From Pavona decussata (taxonomy: Eukaryota): a stretch of DNA of 64,000 bases. The notes under the pieces are model-generated. The model was given only the letters and a program-made list of their open reading frames with translations, had not been told where the DNA came from and made no database searches. Both the position numbers and the translations under genes were made by a program. Location: NCBI GenBank assembly GCA_977016875.1, contig CDRNST010000010.1, forward strand, positions 186,001-250,000, given 5' to 3'. Shown here piece after piece: positions 13,101-28,100 of this stretch; the first letter of the stretch is position 1, and the number at the start of each line of letters is the position of its first letter.

Positions 13101-16100
13101 AACTTTTCAAGCATTAAACTCCTTTACATTTTTACAATTTAGCATTCAGTAGATCTTGATTTTCCATTTTCCCTTTCCTTCATGGGTGATAAGTTGCTAC
13201 CACGTGCAACTAAATAGTTTTTATGCGTCCGCGTACTTCATAAAAAGAATGCCTCAGTGCACCTTTGCAGGCGTCGGAATTTGGGCCAGAATGTATCTTT
13301 TAGTGTACTTTTGGCTCCTAGACCTAGTCAGAGTGGTTATTTGTTAATACTGTAGTGAGTCTGATTAGTTTCGGCCCCTTGTCAGATTGTCTGTTTGCTA
13401 AAGCCGCGTTTTGCCTCTGAGTCGTTTCAGGCCTTTGTAAGAGTGTTTATTTGTTCTGTGCCTGTTGTGCCTCCGATTGACCAGTTCAGACCCGTCGGAG
13501 TGTCTATTTGTTGATACTATGTTTGTTTTTCTGATTGCCTTCGGGCCCTTGTTAGAGTTCTTAGTTTATTGAGAATCCTTTCGTCTCTGATTTGGGCTTC
13601 GGGCACTTGTCAGAATTCTTATTTTGTTGACAATGGACTGTGTCTCTGATTGGCTTTGGGTTCTTGTCAAAGTGCTTATTGTTTTGAGAATGCGCTGTCT
13701 CTAATTTGTTTCCGGCTTTGTTACAGTACTCATTCTGTTGAGGATGGGCTGTGTCTCTGATTGCATTTGGGCCCTTGTCAGTCTCATAAGCTTGGGGCCT
13801 TTGGGTAAGTGCTCCTTTTGTTGACTAAGCGCTGTTTCCTTGATTGACTTGGGGATCTTGTTAGAGTGCTTATTTTGTTGAGAATGCATGCTGTCTCTGA
13901 CTGCCTTCGGGACCTTACCCGAGTGTTCATGTTATTAAGTATGTGTCATATCTCTGATCAACTGCGGGCCAGTGTGAAAATGATTATTTGTGTTGAGAAT
14001 ATGCCATGTCTCTGATTAGCTTTGGGGCCATGTCAGACTACTTACTTTGTTTACAATGCGCTGTTTTTGATTGGCTTCAGGTCCTTGTGAGAGTGTTTAC
14101 TTTTAATGTACTGTGTCTCCAGGCCCGTAGGCTAGGGTGGGGGGGGGGGGGGGGGGTAATGGTTCAGAGGAGGGGGGGGGGTCCTTTGAAGGGCCCTCCC
14201 CCAAGCCCTTACTCACTGCCTGAAGAGGTCGGTTTTCTCAAAAAAAAAATTTTCTGTTATTTCAAGGAAATGCTTGTTAGTTTATGCTACATGATTGCGT
14301 ACATTCAACAAAAATGACCAAATTTCCTGAAACCTTTCACGAATTCCCCAGTTTTTGGTTTTTAAACTAGAACTAAAGGAATAGCCCTCATATCTGCTAA
14401 TCGACGACGTTTGGTGTGGTTTTATTTCCAAACATCAGCATTCTTTTTCAAATCGCCTGCATGATTGCAGTCACATCTTGCAAATGTGTAGGCAGTATGT
14501 GGCCCCGGTAGCTTAGACGAACAGTGCTGAGCTGAAATTTGGCCTAGAAATTGTCACATAATTCAAGTTACATATCAAAGGTGAACCGCCAGTGTGCTTG
14601 TTTCCTGACCTTGTAGCACCGACAATCACACAGTTTAAAAAAAATTAGTGAAGAAAGCTTGTTTCTTTTCACGAATGCAAAATTTATCGCGCCCGAGCAC
14701 AAGTTGTTGCTTTATTTTCTCAGACTTCTGTTAAATTTTTACAGCGAAATCCTCTTTTTGTACTTTGAATGTAAAGTCGATTGAAGGTTCACAAATCTTC
14801 GTTTTCTCTGCTGGCCGCTAGTGTGCGGAACAGGGACCTGTCGCACGAATTCCATAGTTCTATTGATTCGCAATTTTAGTTTGACTTTCAAACTGTGATC
14901 CTAAATATTTTAGGCCGGCTGAAATAACGTTCATTATAGTTTCTTCATACCAAAATTAATTTTTTAAGCAAACGCATACTTTATAAGAGAAAACGATAAA
15001 TATAAGCAAGTAATTCAGGGCACCATGAACATGAGAATGGCAATGAAACAAAATGTACCTACTGACGAGAAAGCTTAAAGTTTGTTGGGAGAGAAGAAGG
15101 AGGAAGGTTTTTTGCAAGCTGAGGCAATTTTTTGATGGTTTAATATGAAAGAACATCGTATGGTGGGGGATGAAACTGAAGTGCTGCTCTCTGTATCTTA
15201 ACCCAAAGTTAATGACGGTAGGAAGGACAATACTATTAAAAGTCACTTAAATAGTACTATGTTGTGCTGGTCACAAGTCTGTGGAAATGCATTTGGTCTT
15301 TTCTAAAATCGCACCGAAATTCGCTACAAATGTTTAAATGTACACATTCGTTTTTCAGCCACGTTTTGAAGGCTTTTTTAGTTTCAAGACTTCTTTCAAT
15401 GCGTCATTTGAAAATACATTTTAAACAATAAACACTTTTGACCTGAACGAAGAGCATTTCATGATGAAGACTGCCTTTTCCATCACCACACGTGAGTGTT
15501 GGTCAATCAGTTCAGCAATACGAGTTTTCTCAAGCTGATACTTTCTATGGGTAAGTCCAACTAACTGATTTCTCGTTGCTAACATATTACATATTTGTTT
15601 ACCTCTACTGAACTACTGAACGTGAACAACAGACACGCACTTGAGAAGAAATGACATCTGCTACCGTGGAATTGTGACAGAAAGCCCGTCAAAAGATAAC
15701 TTACGGGTCTTGCTTCACAGTTTGAAAGGAATAAAAAACACTCACAAAACAAAGCTGTGTGATTGATTTTTTTTCTTTTGCAAGGATCATATACCGACTA
15801 CATAACATTGATGAAACAAATATATATTACATTTTCTTTTACCCGTTGAATTTTCAAGAATTTCAAGGGATTTTAGGCGGTAATAAGTGGTGCATCAGGC
15901 GGTAAATTTCTTAGGTTACCGCCTGAAAAGGAGAACATTGTTACTTCGTGTTAGCCTTGATGTCCTGGCATACACTTTTGTTTGCGCTTGTTTTTACAAG
16001 AAGACCAACGAAAAATCAGCGACACCCCATGCCATTCATGACTGTGCCAGAGTGTTGCTCTTCGCATCTTGACACATGAACAATGTTGACCAGACAAAGA

Positions 16101-19100
16101 ATATAGTACTATAGAAATAATTAAGGATGTAGTTGCCCCAGTGGAACTAACACCCAGATAAAATAGAAATGTAGCAATAAATGATTACACGTGATTGATT
16201 GAACAAACCCATATATTAATACATGATAACGAGAAATACCTTCTGGTTTACAGTAGTCTTTTGGAATGTTAAGGCTTCTGTTGCTTGCAAATCCCCAGCC
16301 AACTAAACGGTCCCACAAATACTCTCCTTTCTCTCGTGATTTTTTTCTGTTTGCTTTCCATACGATGTACTTGTACGGGACTCTGTGCGAAACATATGTA
16401 GGTGGTACCAAAAGCCTTGCCTCAACCAGGATATACCCATTTTCAAGAGAGCTATAACGAAATACAATCCAGCACAACATCGATGCATATCAATGCACGG
16501 TAGTTGAACTCATTCTCGTTTTTAGTGTTACTCCATACAGTGGTACAAAAACCTTTCTTCATAGAAAAGAGAATTCAGGGAAGCAGTTTCTGATATGCCC
16601 AGTACAATTAAACAATTTGAACACATTTCAAGAACAAGCTATTATTTACTATGATGGCAGCCATTTCAAGTATAAAACTTTTCGAGGCATTATTGTGTAC
16701 TTAGACTCAGTAACATTAACTCGATCTAATAATCAAAGGCTCCTGTGAGCCAACTCATGAATACAGATGTGAATAGCTGGGCAACCGTATTAAAAGTGGT
16801 ACAGTGTACTCCCATCAAACTAAGCGACAATGATTCGTGGACGCCATGCGGGACTTCGGGAATGCATTATGTACATAATGTTATTTGCTTAACACGCAAA
16901 ACAATTAAAAGCCCCGGCTAAACAATGGGGGCAAGGGATGGGGGTGAGTTCTATTTTGTTTGGTTGATGATGTTCGAATCGTCGTTTTCACGAGCTTGTT
17001 AGGTAGGCAACTGCCAAACCTAATTTGTTCATGGGGCGAGTTGTGGGGATCTGCGATCCACGAAATTGCTTTATGCTGTGAGAACCTCAACATTATTGAG
17101 TTAGGCAATGTTCGACAAACACATAAAAGTAATCCAAACTGTGGCCTGCTTTTTTTTTAGACTCATAAGATCTAACACCTGACACTGCAAAGTGCTCGAG
17201 GAATTCCTTGGATCAACTAAATGATACAACTTTGGTACAATGTGTGAGAATGTAATATTGAAATCAAAACATTCATTCAACAAAAAAGTTGGTCAAAGAT
17301 CACATAACTTGGGTGCTAAACGTTCTAACTTGGTTAAACCAACAAATGTGGCACAACATTAAGCCGGCGCTTACTATCGCTATATCCACAAGTGTTCTTC
17401 TTTTGAGTTATGAATCGTCTACTGTCATATTGGTTTTCACTCTTCAAAATGTAACAAAACTGTAACTGTATATGTACAAATAAACTAGATTAACTTTTCC
17501 TGGTTAATCATTTGCCATACTGGCTTTCGAAAAACCGGTCGTTAGGCTGGTTTGCCAATGATACAAAGTGGAGCAAGCGTCAATTTTACTAATTGTCGCT
17601 ATTGTCACGATACAATTACAAATGTCGTTATTGTCATTACACAAACAAACGTCCTTCTCTTGAGATATGAACCCTCTACTCTCACATTAATTTGGAATCT
17701 TAAAACTGTAACAAAACTGTAACTGTAAATAATCTGGATTAACTTTCAGGGTAATTCAGAATTTGCCAAACTGGCTTATGAAAAACGGGACTCTAGGCTT
17801 GTGTTGTTGACTGTATCAAACAAAGTGCCATCTTTACTTTAATTGGTGAGCAGTTTCCTTCCTTTTCCCCCTTTTTTGTGCTGCAAAAAGAAAGAAACTG
17901 GGTTCTGGCCGCGAGGGTAGGGGGAAAAAACCTCTTTCCCTTTTCTCGTTTGTATTGGTGATTAAGGCATGCTACATTTCGAATCTTCATTTCTAATCCT
18001 CTCTAGGATAAGAGAAAAAAGAAAGAAAAACGTTCACTGCCTTCAGTTTATAATTTCTTTCAATTTCAGATTTCCCTTTTTCCCTCCCTTGCAATTAGAC
18101 TTCCATTAGTAGAAAATGGAACATAAAAATAAACAAACAAACCAACATGATTTGTAGTAACTAAAAGATGCTGGTATCACTTATAATTATTCGATAGGTA
18201 ACTCCCACTACGGTAAGCTCTAGTGTATATGCTGTTGCCGATTAAGGCATTTCAGTGGTAGAATCGTCCAACTGAGTAAAGCTTGAGGTTGGCCGCTGAT
18301 AAGATTGGTCTTTAAAATTTTTAACGGACACCCATAAATAAAGCTGAAGTAACGTGTAGTGGGACTTCAATGGCACAAACAACTACAGCTGACAATACAA
18401 TTATTAATTCACTTCGAAAAAAACTTCTAATCAGCTCGATAACCTAAACTGGCAGCGTTTTGTGGATGACCCTTACATCAGGCGAACACGGCCGAAACTG
18501 AACATTCTGTAGTCTTTCAGTCCTACACAAATTTACTATTTGGGTTCCCACTGAAAGGCTTTTTGGAGTGGCGAATAACAGATATGAAGGAGATTGCGAA
18601 CTCCTAAGCTAAATCTCGCAATTGCGAACTTCATATATACAACAAACTTAGCACATAATTTTTTGGCGACACTTTTTCATTTTGCGGATTTCGTGAAAAC
18701 GGGAAAATTCAGAGTCATGAAAAATTAAAGTGACTTGCCGTGCAAGCCTTTAGAAAATTGGCCAAAGACAAGCGCTGTGAAACATGCACACTTCAAAATC
18801 TCGAAATTCACGTGTTGCGAAAAATTCATTTAATAATGTAAACAAGCCAACGAATCTCATGTTAGTGGTGGTTTTCAATGTAGTCATGTTCAGTTGGTGC
18901 TTACAAGCGGAACTATAATGAACGAGGATGCACAGGGGAAATTTCCATCCCTTGCTATATGCAATTACGATGTAATTTCTTTTTTTTGTAAACGTTTTCA
19001 GTTTTCGCCAGGACCAATATGATACCGTGAAAATAACCTGCATGGATTACATACTTATATCCCCATCAGACAACTTGTCTTAATACCCAAATCCAAAAGC

Positions 19101-22100
19101 TCTAAAAAGCAGCTGGAAGTGACTTGCAGCAAGGTTGCTTCCTACATCTTCGTGTACAACTAGGTTTTTTCCGTCCTCCAAATTGCTGCAGCATCTCTTG
19201 GATGATGATAATAGACCGTTTCTGGATGTTTTGAAATATTCAGTTTATTGTCACCTCGCCATCTGTATACCCTCCTCTCCAGGTGACGAATAAAAATGTT
19301 GTAAGGGGGTGGGCCCGGTGCGTCTGAAGGTTTTTCCTTGGCCTTTCCCTTGAAACCATAGCACATCCTGGCACTTGTGTCCTTTACAAAAACAACTTCT
19401 TACGGTCTATTATCACCACAAAAACTGACATTTTCGCCCGTTCAACTGCATTTCGCTCCAGATGTTTAAGAGATGAGGAAAGACCATAAGATCCCATGTG
19501 CAGTATTGAACGATGCATGTCCCTTCTGGTGCTTTCTACTAGTTTTTTTGTACACTTCGATGACCTCTACCCACGTGCACTTTGTGTTCACCTTTTAGCC
19601 CGCACTGTTCTCCATCTTTTTCTCACGAATCTTACTCTTAAAATCATTATTGTAAAAAAACTCATCACGGAGGCCTGGGGATCTACGCACCAGCAGGATC
19701 ATGCCTTTGAGCATGTCTTGCTCGATGTGGCGCCTGAAGTATGAAAAAAATTCATGATTTTTTCCATGCCGTACCTCTTTTTCTTGTGCATCCCATTTGC
19801 AATAAAGAGCGTCAGCTTTTTGCACGAAATCAGAAATCATATTTTAAATAGCTCCCAAAGATGTCTGCCAGAATAGCAGCCTTGAGTGAGCTAAGTTCTA
19901 ACGCCGTTAGCTTTCTCGCTACCTCATCCTGAACATGTTTCATACATGGAAAAAAGGTTGCACCTTTAAGAGGTATCATGAACCCTGCTTGAGCCTTATC
20001 CCTGTCGTCTCCAACATAGTTGACTAATTCAATGTTCTCGTTTATCTCGAGAAGAGCATGACAGAATGCTTGATAGTCCTTCTTTGTTCTTGTAACATGG
20101 AACATCGCCGGGGTTGGTAGGTTGGCTCGTTTTCCAGTGTCCACATAACAGAATTTACTACTTTGATATATTGTGGACGACACGTAAAAATCACCGACAT
20201 TAAATGTTGTGTCTATCAACGGAATGCTTGTTGTATTGTGATTGCAGCACTCTTCGATGATATCTTTTATCTGATCATCGGTGCTGAAAACAACTCTCGG
20301 GGCCGGACAGTTTGGTCGGTCTTGGCCATACTGAGCAAACTTCAAAATTCATCTTCCTTTTTTGGAAGTGATTACGCTTCTAGCATTCGTTACCTGCTTC
20401 TTGTCCCTTGGCATATCTGCCGTTTCTTTGCAACCTACTATGGCGCCTGTTTGCTCCACTGCCAGATCAATATTGAGGATGGACCCCTACATCCACGTAC
20501 TTCTTGCTGTATCAGCGTTCTTGTTAATGGTGCAGTGAGAATAAAAGGGTTTTTTGATACTTCTGTGGACTGATCTTGTGCTCTTCACCGACAAAGGCAT
20601 ATTGTATAAGTCGTATAAGTCCCAACTGCAATTCATTTCCAGTGCTGTCAAGAATGACGGTTGCAGTTCTGTGGAAATCAGTGTATCGTCTTTGTCTACT
20701 AACAACAGTTTTCACAAGGTACTCGTTCTTCTTGAGGTTTGCTATATCTTCCTTTCTCCCTTGGCTACCGCAGCTATTTACAACTTCACTGCCATTTACT
20801 TCAAATACTCTGGCACTTGGTCCACGACGTTCAAATGAACCCAGGTCGGTTGTCAGCGAGTCAGAAGGGTCCCTTAACGTAAATCGATCACAAACCCACA
20901 GTTACGCATTACGCAGTTCGGGCGCTCAGTGCAGATTTTTGAGATGTCGACATTCAGAAAAAGCACTTGAAATCATTCTTCAAATGACAAAGTTATTTTC
21001 CCATCGTACAAGAATGGAGTCGTGACATCCTCGTTAAAATAAATAGTTTCCTTTCTGCAAACAGGAATAACTGAAAATGAATTTAGAAATTAAAACAATA
21101 ATAAATACCTACTGATTTTTAGGGACCTAAACACATCTAAAGATATGGATCGGAGGCAAAATAACCTGTTATGTAGTTATTTCGAATGTTTATGTTTTTA
21201 ATTATAATTTTTACCTACTTTGTACAAATGAACATTTTTGTTTTGCAATTTTATTGTTCTTTCATTGCTTGCATGCATTTTAAAGTTTTTGATTGTTATT
21301 GCTGTCAGTTATCACCAACTCTAAAAATCCATGAAGTTCCAGAGGGGTGCAGAATCCACCTTTCCACCTCACTTTTGTCCGTCCCAGAAAAAAGTAAAGT
21401 CTCTTTATTGAACAAGGAAAAATATGGTTATGGGAAGCCCTCCCCCATTGCCATTCTGATTGCTCCCATCATCGCCAATTAATCTCACGCTTTATTTCGC
21501 AACAAGAAAAAGAGGGTTAACACCCCCATTCATCAAAATAACATTTTTCCAAAAATGTTCCCAATTAAGTTTCCGCTTAATTCTGTTTTGTTCTTGCTTG
21601 CGTAATCCTTTGCAGAATATTTCTATGTTGCGCTCGCCCTAATAAGAACCTCATGGAACTACTATAGCAACCTCCTTATTGGTAGTAAAGCAATACTTTG
21701 CCAGGAGCGATATACATTTTGGTACATTTCTGTCGTCTTCTGCTACACAATAAAGTGAAATGGTCTAATTCGAGTTTTGTGGAGCCGTGAACACACTACA
21801 GTAGATTTGAACAGCATCCCTAATAAATTCAACTCCAGACCCACAGCAGTAGTAAATCCCGTTTTCAGTAGTTCAAATGTGGCTTTTTTTTTAAATTTAA
21901 AGTGTGTTTTTTTCTCTTAAGTTTAGGAAACTAACGACTTCATTTGTACTAAATAGGTTTTCTCAATACCACGAAAAGACAAGGAAATTGGGAAAGCCGT
22001 TCCAAAATCCGGGTAAAAATTGTAGGTGATCCAGTTCATTTAGAAACTCTGGTCCGTTTTGTCCTTTGCCTAGAGCTTGTTGTTGTTATAGTAAGGGGCG

Positions 22101-25100
22101 TGATTACCATAGAAATTACCTAGCAATAGTGGCACCTTGCTAAAATGTTATTGACATTATCAGTAGCATTATCTGTTTAGTTTCTTCTCTTATCAAGCAG
22201 CCTCCCCTGCCCCGAACTCTCCACCCTCTGGCTTTAACCGTTTTGAAAAGTTCCCTTGAGATCGATGAAAGGTTTTTTTTTATACATCCTCCTAACTGTG
22301 CAAGAAAGAAGGTAAAACTGCAGATAAAACTCCCCCTGTAACGGTAGTTTGTATTCTTGTCATACCTTGCCGACAGAGTTTAACTTGAGAGCGTCAAGCA
22401 GGTGCGTAACCGGGCGCATAACCAAAATGTAATATGAGAGTTTGTCAAATTATATGTGACATTTCGGTAATCGACTTTTGGGCAGAATTTGCCTAAAACT
22501 GCCCCCAGAAGTTAAAGGAAAAATGAAAACAAAGAAAACCCACAAAGGTATGGTTTTGTAAACTTAAGTTCCATTTCTCTGTTCTCTTTTTAACGAAAAC
22601 GGAGATTAATTTCGATCGAATTTCAGGTCCATACCAACTCTCATATTACTCATTAATTACACGTGCTACAACATCTGAGGAAAAAATTGAGCATACTCTT
22701 TATGTGGAGGATTAAACCAAGCTGAAACCAGTGGATAACTTCCTTCTCACATAGCGGTGACTGGTGTGTGAAAGGGCAATTAAGAGCAAGTATCAAAACA
22801 TCCCGACTTTGTTGGTCTCGTTTCTAATTCACGTAGAGCTTGCTCGCAGGCAGCTCGCAGGCTACAATCCACCAAGGGGCGACGGCGGTTTAGAGATTTT
22901 TACAAATACATAAGAACATTAGCCTGTCTATGTTGACAGGAAGGCTTACATTATGCAATTCACAGTAATATCAACTGCGCAATGGTGATACGAATATCAT
23001 CTGAAAAACAGTGATTAAGGACTTACCTCGTACAACGACATGTTGAGAAACTCAACGTGCCAGTTACCAGGCGAGTGAGTGCACAACTTCCCATCACATT
23101 CCTCCCAGTAGGATACATGTTTTTGGTTTGCGGTTTTGTGGTTTCTTATAAACTGTTGTATCGAGACAGTATGACAAAGTGAAAGGGGCTTTGGGCTGCT
23201 ATGGAACCAATTTTGTTTTAGCACCTAAGATAGTGTGTGAATTGAATTCAAATAAATTAGCAATAATGTAAAAATTACAGTTCGTTCTCAGGAAACTTAT
23301 CAGTGTCACATGCATCACGTTACAGATAACGCAATACACTCAGATTCTTAAATAACATCGACGTATGGTAATATTTAGTGAATGTCAGGTATTAGATGCC
23401 TCTCAGATCTCAGCAAAATAGGGCAAAGAAACAATACCTGCAATAAAGGAAACTACAGTCTTGACTGTAATTGTATTGAAATAAAGTGTCATCCATCCAT
23501 CCATCCAATTTCGTTTACTTTTTGTTAGTCGAACATTGGCTCAATAAAGTTGAGGTTCTCATTGCACGATCATTGAGCAGCATAATTATCCTCACCCCCC
23601 ACCCCTACCCCTCACTCCCGGAATAGACTTGCCGGTTGTGTTCGGCTGTATGTAAATTCAGTGTTTACGTCCTGATCTTGTCTATTACGTTTGACACCGA
23701 AGGGCGATTTATCGCTCTGTAGAATAAGTTATTCATTGAGTTGATTTTACGTCCTTGTTTTTTGTCCTGTAATGGCGGCTGATGGTGAATACATGCACTA
23801 TAGGTTGACTCATAAATAATTTATGTTTTTGATTTAATTCCGATTAAATTGACATAAAGTTAACAACACATCGACCAAGTGACAAAACACCACATCGCGA
23901 TAACTCGTTCATTGTGCATGGACGCATTCACGAGTTAAAAAGGTGTTGTTTACCATATCGCAAGGAAACTTTAGAACTAGTTTACAAATAAATCTAATCT
24001 CTACAAGTTGACCTTTGTTCCCCAGACAAAACTGATACAGCCAACTCTCTCCAAGCAGAAAGAAGTCTAAGGTGGTCTCCTCCCTGACGCGACCCTGGAT
24101 GGCTAGTCCCGATTGAATTTCCTTTTGCCGTCTGCACTTAAATTCTCTTTAAGCCAGACACCTCTTTAAGGTGGATAGCTTAGCTTTAAGGCGGATGTAC
24201 AGCATGAAAAGCAATTATAGTTCATTCCACTGGAATCAAAGAAGAGGTGTTTTCCGAATCACGTTTCAAAGAGACTGTAAATATGCAATTGTAACTTGCC
24301 TTAACAATCATCACATTCCAGTTCTGATGTCACTGATTTCTGGTGTCAAGTTGCATACACTATTTATAATGAGGACACCTCTCTAAGACGGAGAGCTAGA
24401 ACTAGTCCCATGGGTGTCTGCTTTAGAGAGAGTTGACTGTATCAGTGAGTTGATTAAATTTCAAGATCTTGAAGACCAACAGCACTTCCAAATGTTAGCA
24501 ACATTGATTTTGCAACATTCTACTCATGCAGTGACTTACTAGCACTCTATTTTGTTTATTTATTTATTTATTTTATTTTTTTATAGTCATCCTGACTTGA
24601 TAAGATTTATCTTAGAAACCAAAGACTCAATTCGTCAATCAATCTGATAAATTAGGGTTCTAACTTAAGCCAGCAACTTTTTTCCTCAACATTACATTAG
24701 CATTAATTTTCAATACCATAACCCAAAGGGTTGCTAATGCAATCTCAATCTATATGTAGCTGCCTATAGAATTTTCTTCCTTTGGTCGATAGTTGGCCTT
24801 CGGGGTGCACACCCCATTTTTACATGCACCATCATCAAAGAGTGTTAAACAGAACTGCAATAAAGCAGCATTGTCAACATTTTTGTTCTCAACATTTCAG
24901 CCACTAGGCTATCGTAAAACCATTACACCAATCCCTCTTGGCCTCCACCAACTTTGAAAGTTGATTCACTCAGGTCATCGCCATTCACTAACTGTCAGCT
25001 AATAAAATTTTTAGCTTGTCTCATAAAATTGAAACTCCACCTTTTGATTGTTCCAATCAAAGTCCAAAAATAACTTTTATAATTTTATAATTATACTCTA

Positions 25101-28100
25101 GATGAAAAATGGACTGACTGATAGAACAACTAATTTTACTTAAACAGTTAAAGAAATGTATCAATAACCAAGCTACTTTACAAAGTATGAGTGCAATACG
25201 TTTAAAATGCTATAGCAAACTTACCGATCAGCTGGATACACCTCTACAACATTATCTTGGAAACTTCCAAACAGGGATCCACCAAACCTCATGAAGATTC
25301 TGTCACCTTCACTGGCTTCAAATTTGAAATGTGGTGCAAGCACAGCATGAAAAATGACAGTCATTTTGGCTCCCTTGTATTTTTTAAAATACTCCAACGC
25401 TGTACCTTCCTTCATTGTTTTCTTCCCTTGGTCATCTTTGTCAGGGACTTTAGTATGATCACCTTTCTCCTTTTCAAGGCGTTGGCGGCCCTGATCATTG
25501 TCAGGTTTGCCTTTCTTGTTGTTTCCACTCTTACCTTTCCCTTGCTTTTGGTTCTTTCCACCACTCTCTTGGATTTTCCTCCTAGCCAGAAAAAAATTCT
25601 TTATCATTATGTGTACGTTTGAAACCACTAATAGGTTCTTTCATCATTAAATCTTTTCTACGCAATTAGAAAGTATGCCTGAAAAACCAAGAGATAAACA
25701 CAATACTCAAGACCATTACAGTAGCCAATGACTGTAGAACGTGTCATGTCCAAACCTTGCCTATTATCATCATAATCAGCGGCTACAGAGATTACATTGA
25801 AGATATCAACTCAATGGACTGGTTTCATCAGACACCAAAACAGAAGTGCAAAAATGGGCTGGCCAATTACTAATGATTCTCATAAGATTAAGTTGAAACA
25901 GAGGAATATTCTTCACCAAAAAAACTGCCCTGGTGCCCTTTTAGCTGCCATGGTGACCAGAAAATAATTCCACATCATATTATCACTACAAAGACAGGCA
26001 CAATTGAAAGTGAGGCATTTAAAACAAAGAACAGATTTCTAAAACAACATTTCTAAACAAGATTATACTTTCAAACAAAAAGGTTTCATTTATCGAAAAT
26101 TTGTATTGAAATACAAGCTTCCGATTCCATCTCGGAATCTTTGTCAAGTGGTGTAGGACATTTTGTCACATGATTAAGTTGATAAAATATCATGTGACAA
26201 AACGTCCCGATAGATCGCCGGGAGCTCACATCTAACGTCATGATTCAATGTCAGAGCCTGGCAATGAGTTTCTATAGCCTCTCTAATTCTCCTTTTGAAA
26301 GTGTCATTCTCCCTTACAAAAATTGACAAGGAAGAAAGATCGAGCGCGTGCTTCATGTTCCTTAGGTGGTCACCCAATGCAGTCGTTGACGATCTTGTAC
26401 TGTTGACATGTTCTCTAAATCTGACCCCAAAGAGTCTTGCGTCTCCCCGATATAAACCTCTTCACAATCCCTGCAAAGTATTTTATAGACCACTCCACAT
26501 TTCTTTTCCATGGGTGTGGGACCCTTGGGGTGTACCAGCTGTTGTCTTATGGTATTTACAGGCTTGTGACAAGTGCCCACCCCTTGTTTTCTGAAAACTC
26601 GTGTGAGTTGCTCAGAAACTCCTTGCATATAGAGGAGAGGGATGCTGATACTGGAACCGCCTTTGTTGGCTGTGCCTTTGGGTTTGTGGGTCGTACCTAG
26701 AGGGGTCTTGAAAATCCAAGGTTTGTAGTTATTATTCTGGAGGACTGACCTCAGGTGTTTCATTTTGGTTTCTTTATCCTCGATCCATCTCGATCTTTCT
26801 TCCTCGTCAATTGTAAGGGAGAACGACACTTTCAAAAGAAGACTTAGAGAGGCTATTGAAATTCATTGCCAGGCTCAGACATTGAATCACAACGTTGGAT
26901 ATGAGCTCCCTGCGATCTACCGGAATGTTTTGTCTCGTGATATTTTATCAACTTAATCTTGTGCAAAACGTCCTACACTACTTGACAAAGATTCTGAAAC
27001 GGGATCTAAGGCTTGTTTCTCAATATATATTTTCGATCCTGAAAATGAAACCTTTTTGTTTGATACAATATGACAGGATTAAGGAACAAATTATTTTTTC
27101 TCTAAGATTATTCTTACTGTGCTTTTTCGCATTCTGCTTCTCCTTTCTTCTTTTTCTTCTCTTTCTCCTTCTGTTTTCGTTTTTGGGAAGAACTTAATGG
27201 CTTTTTTCCCGCTGACTTGAGTTGTGCTGCCTCATCCTTTGAATCGGCCTCCTGATAGTAGACAATTTTAATTTTAATTGGATGAATTAAAATTCACCAG
27301 ACACAACATCCTTGGAAAAAAGGCGTTCTTTACCTATTAAGATACACTATAACAATTATGGTAAACGTAGCAGTTACATTGTGGAATAAATTGCATTTTA
27401 GAATTGCTTAAGAAATAGCTATCCAAAACGAAAAAAGTTTGGAAAATGACATCCAGAACAACATTTTTTAACACTCAAAGTTATTCCTGCATTAAGCATA
27501 CATACAAATTAACCGTCAGGCCAGAAAAAACCATACGCCAACAAGCAAAGAGTAGTTGTAGTTTTAGAACGGATAAGGGGGTTAGTTTCTAAAGAAAATG
27601 TCATACTACGACAGAAATAAATGTTTGGTTTTACCACGATGTAGAGAAATGCCATGAACTACCATTTGTCGGTATCATAGAAAGCCGCAAACGTTTAGAA
27701 CAAAACTTCATCTTCCAAATCTGCACCCTTAATCTCCACAGAACCAAGGAACATTTTTCATTTGACTAATTTATTCTTGTTTTCGACGTTACCATGTTCC
27801 CACCATTGTTCACTGTACAAACCACATACGACCCACAATTCTTTGAGTTGCTCCGACAAAGGGCTAATGCTCGGAACATCAGAACTCGAATCTCTTTACA
27901 GTGGTGAAATTATCTTATCAACTCTGTTGATAAAACTAAGCATACATGTAGTTTTAGAATAGCTTTACAAACTAATCCAAAAATAGACAAGCTTGGAAAA
28001 TAATATCCACAAACAATTTTTTTCTCAAAGTTGTTTCTGTAAAGTGAATATAAAAATAAGGCTCACCCGAGAAAAAATAATTGCACACCTGCTTGGATGA

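Noticed and set aside
13335-14120. CRISPR-like periodic repeats (also 48500-50033 and 1605-1752)
   Set aside because: Units are degenerate tandem copies without unique spacers; there are no cas genes and the context is eukaryotic introns.
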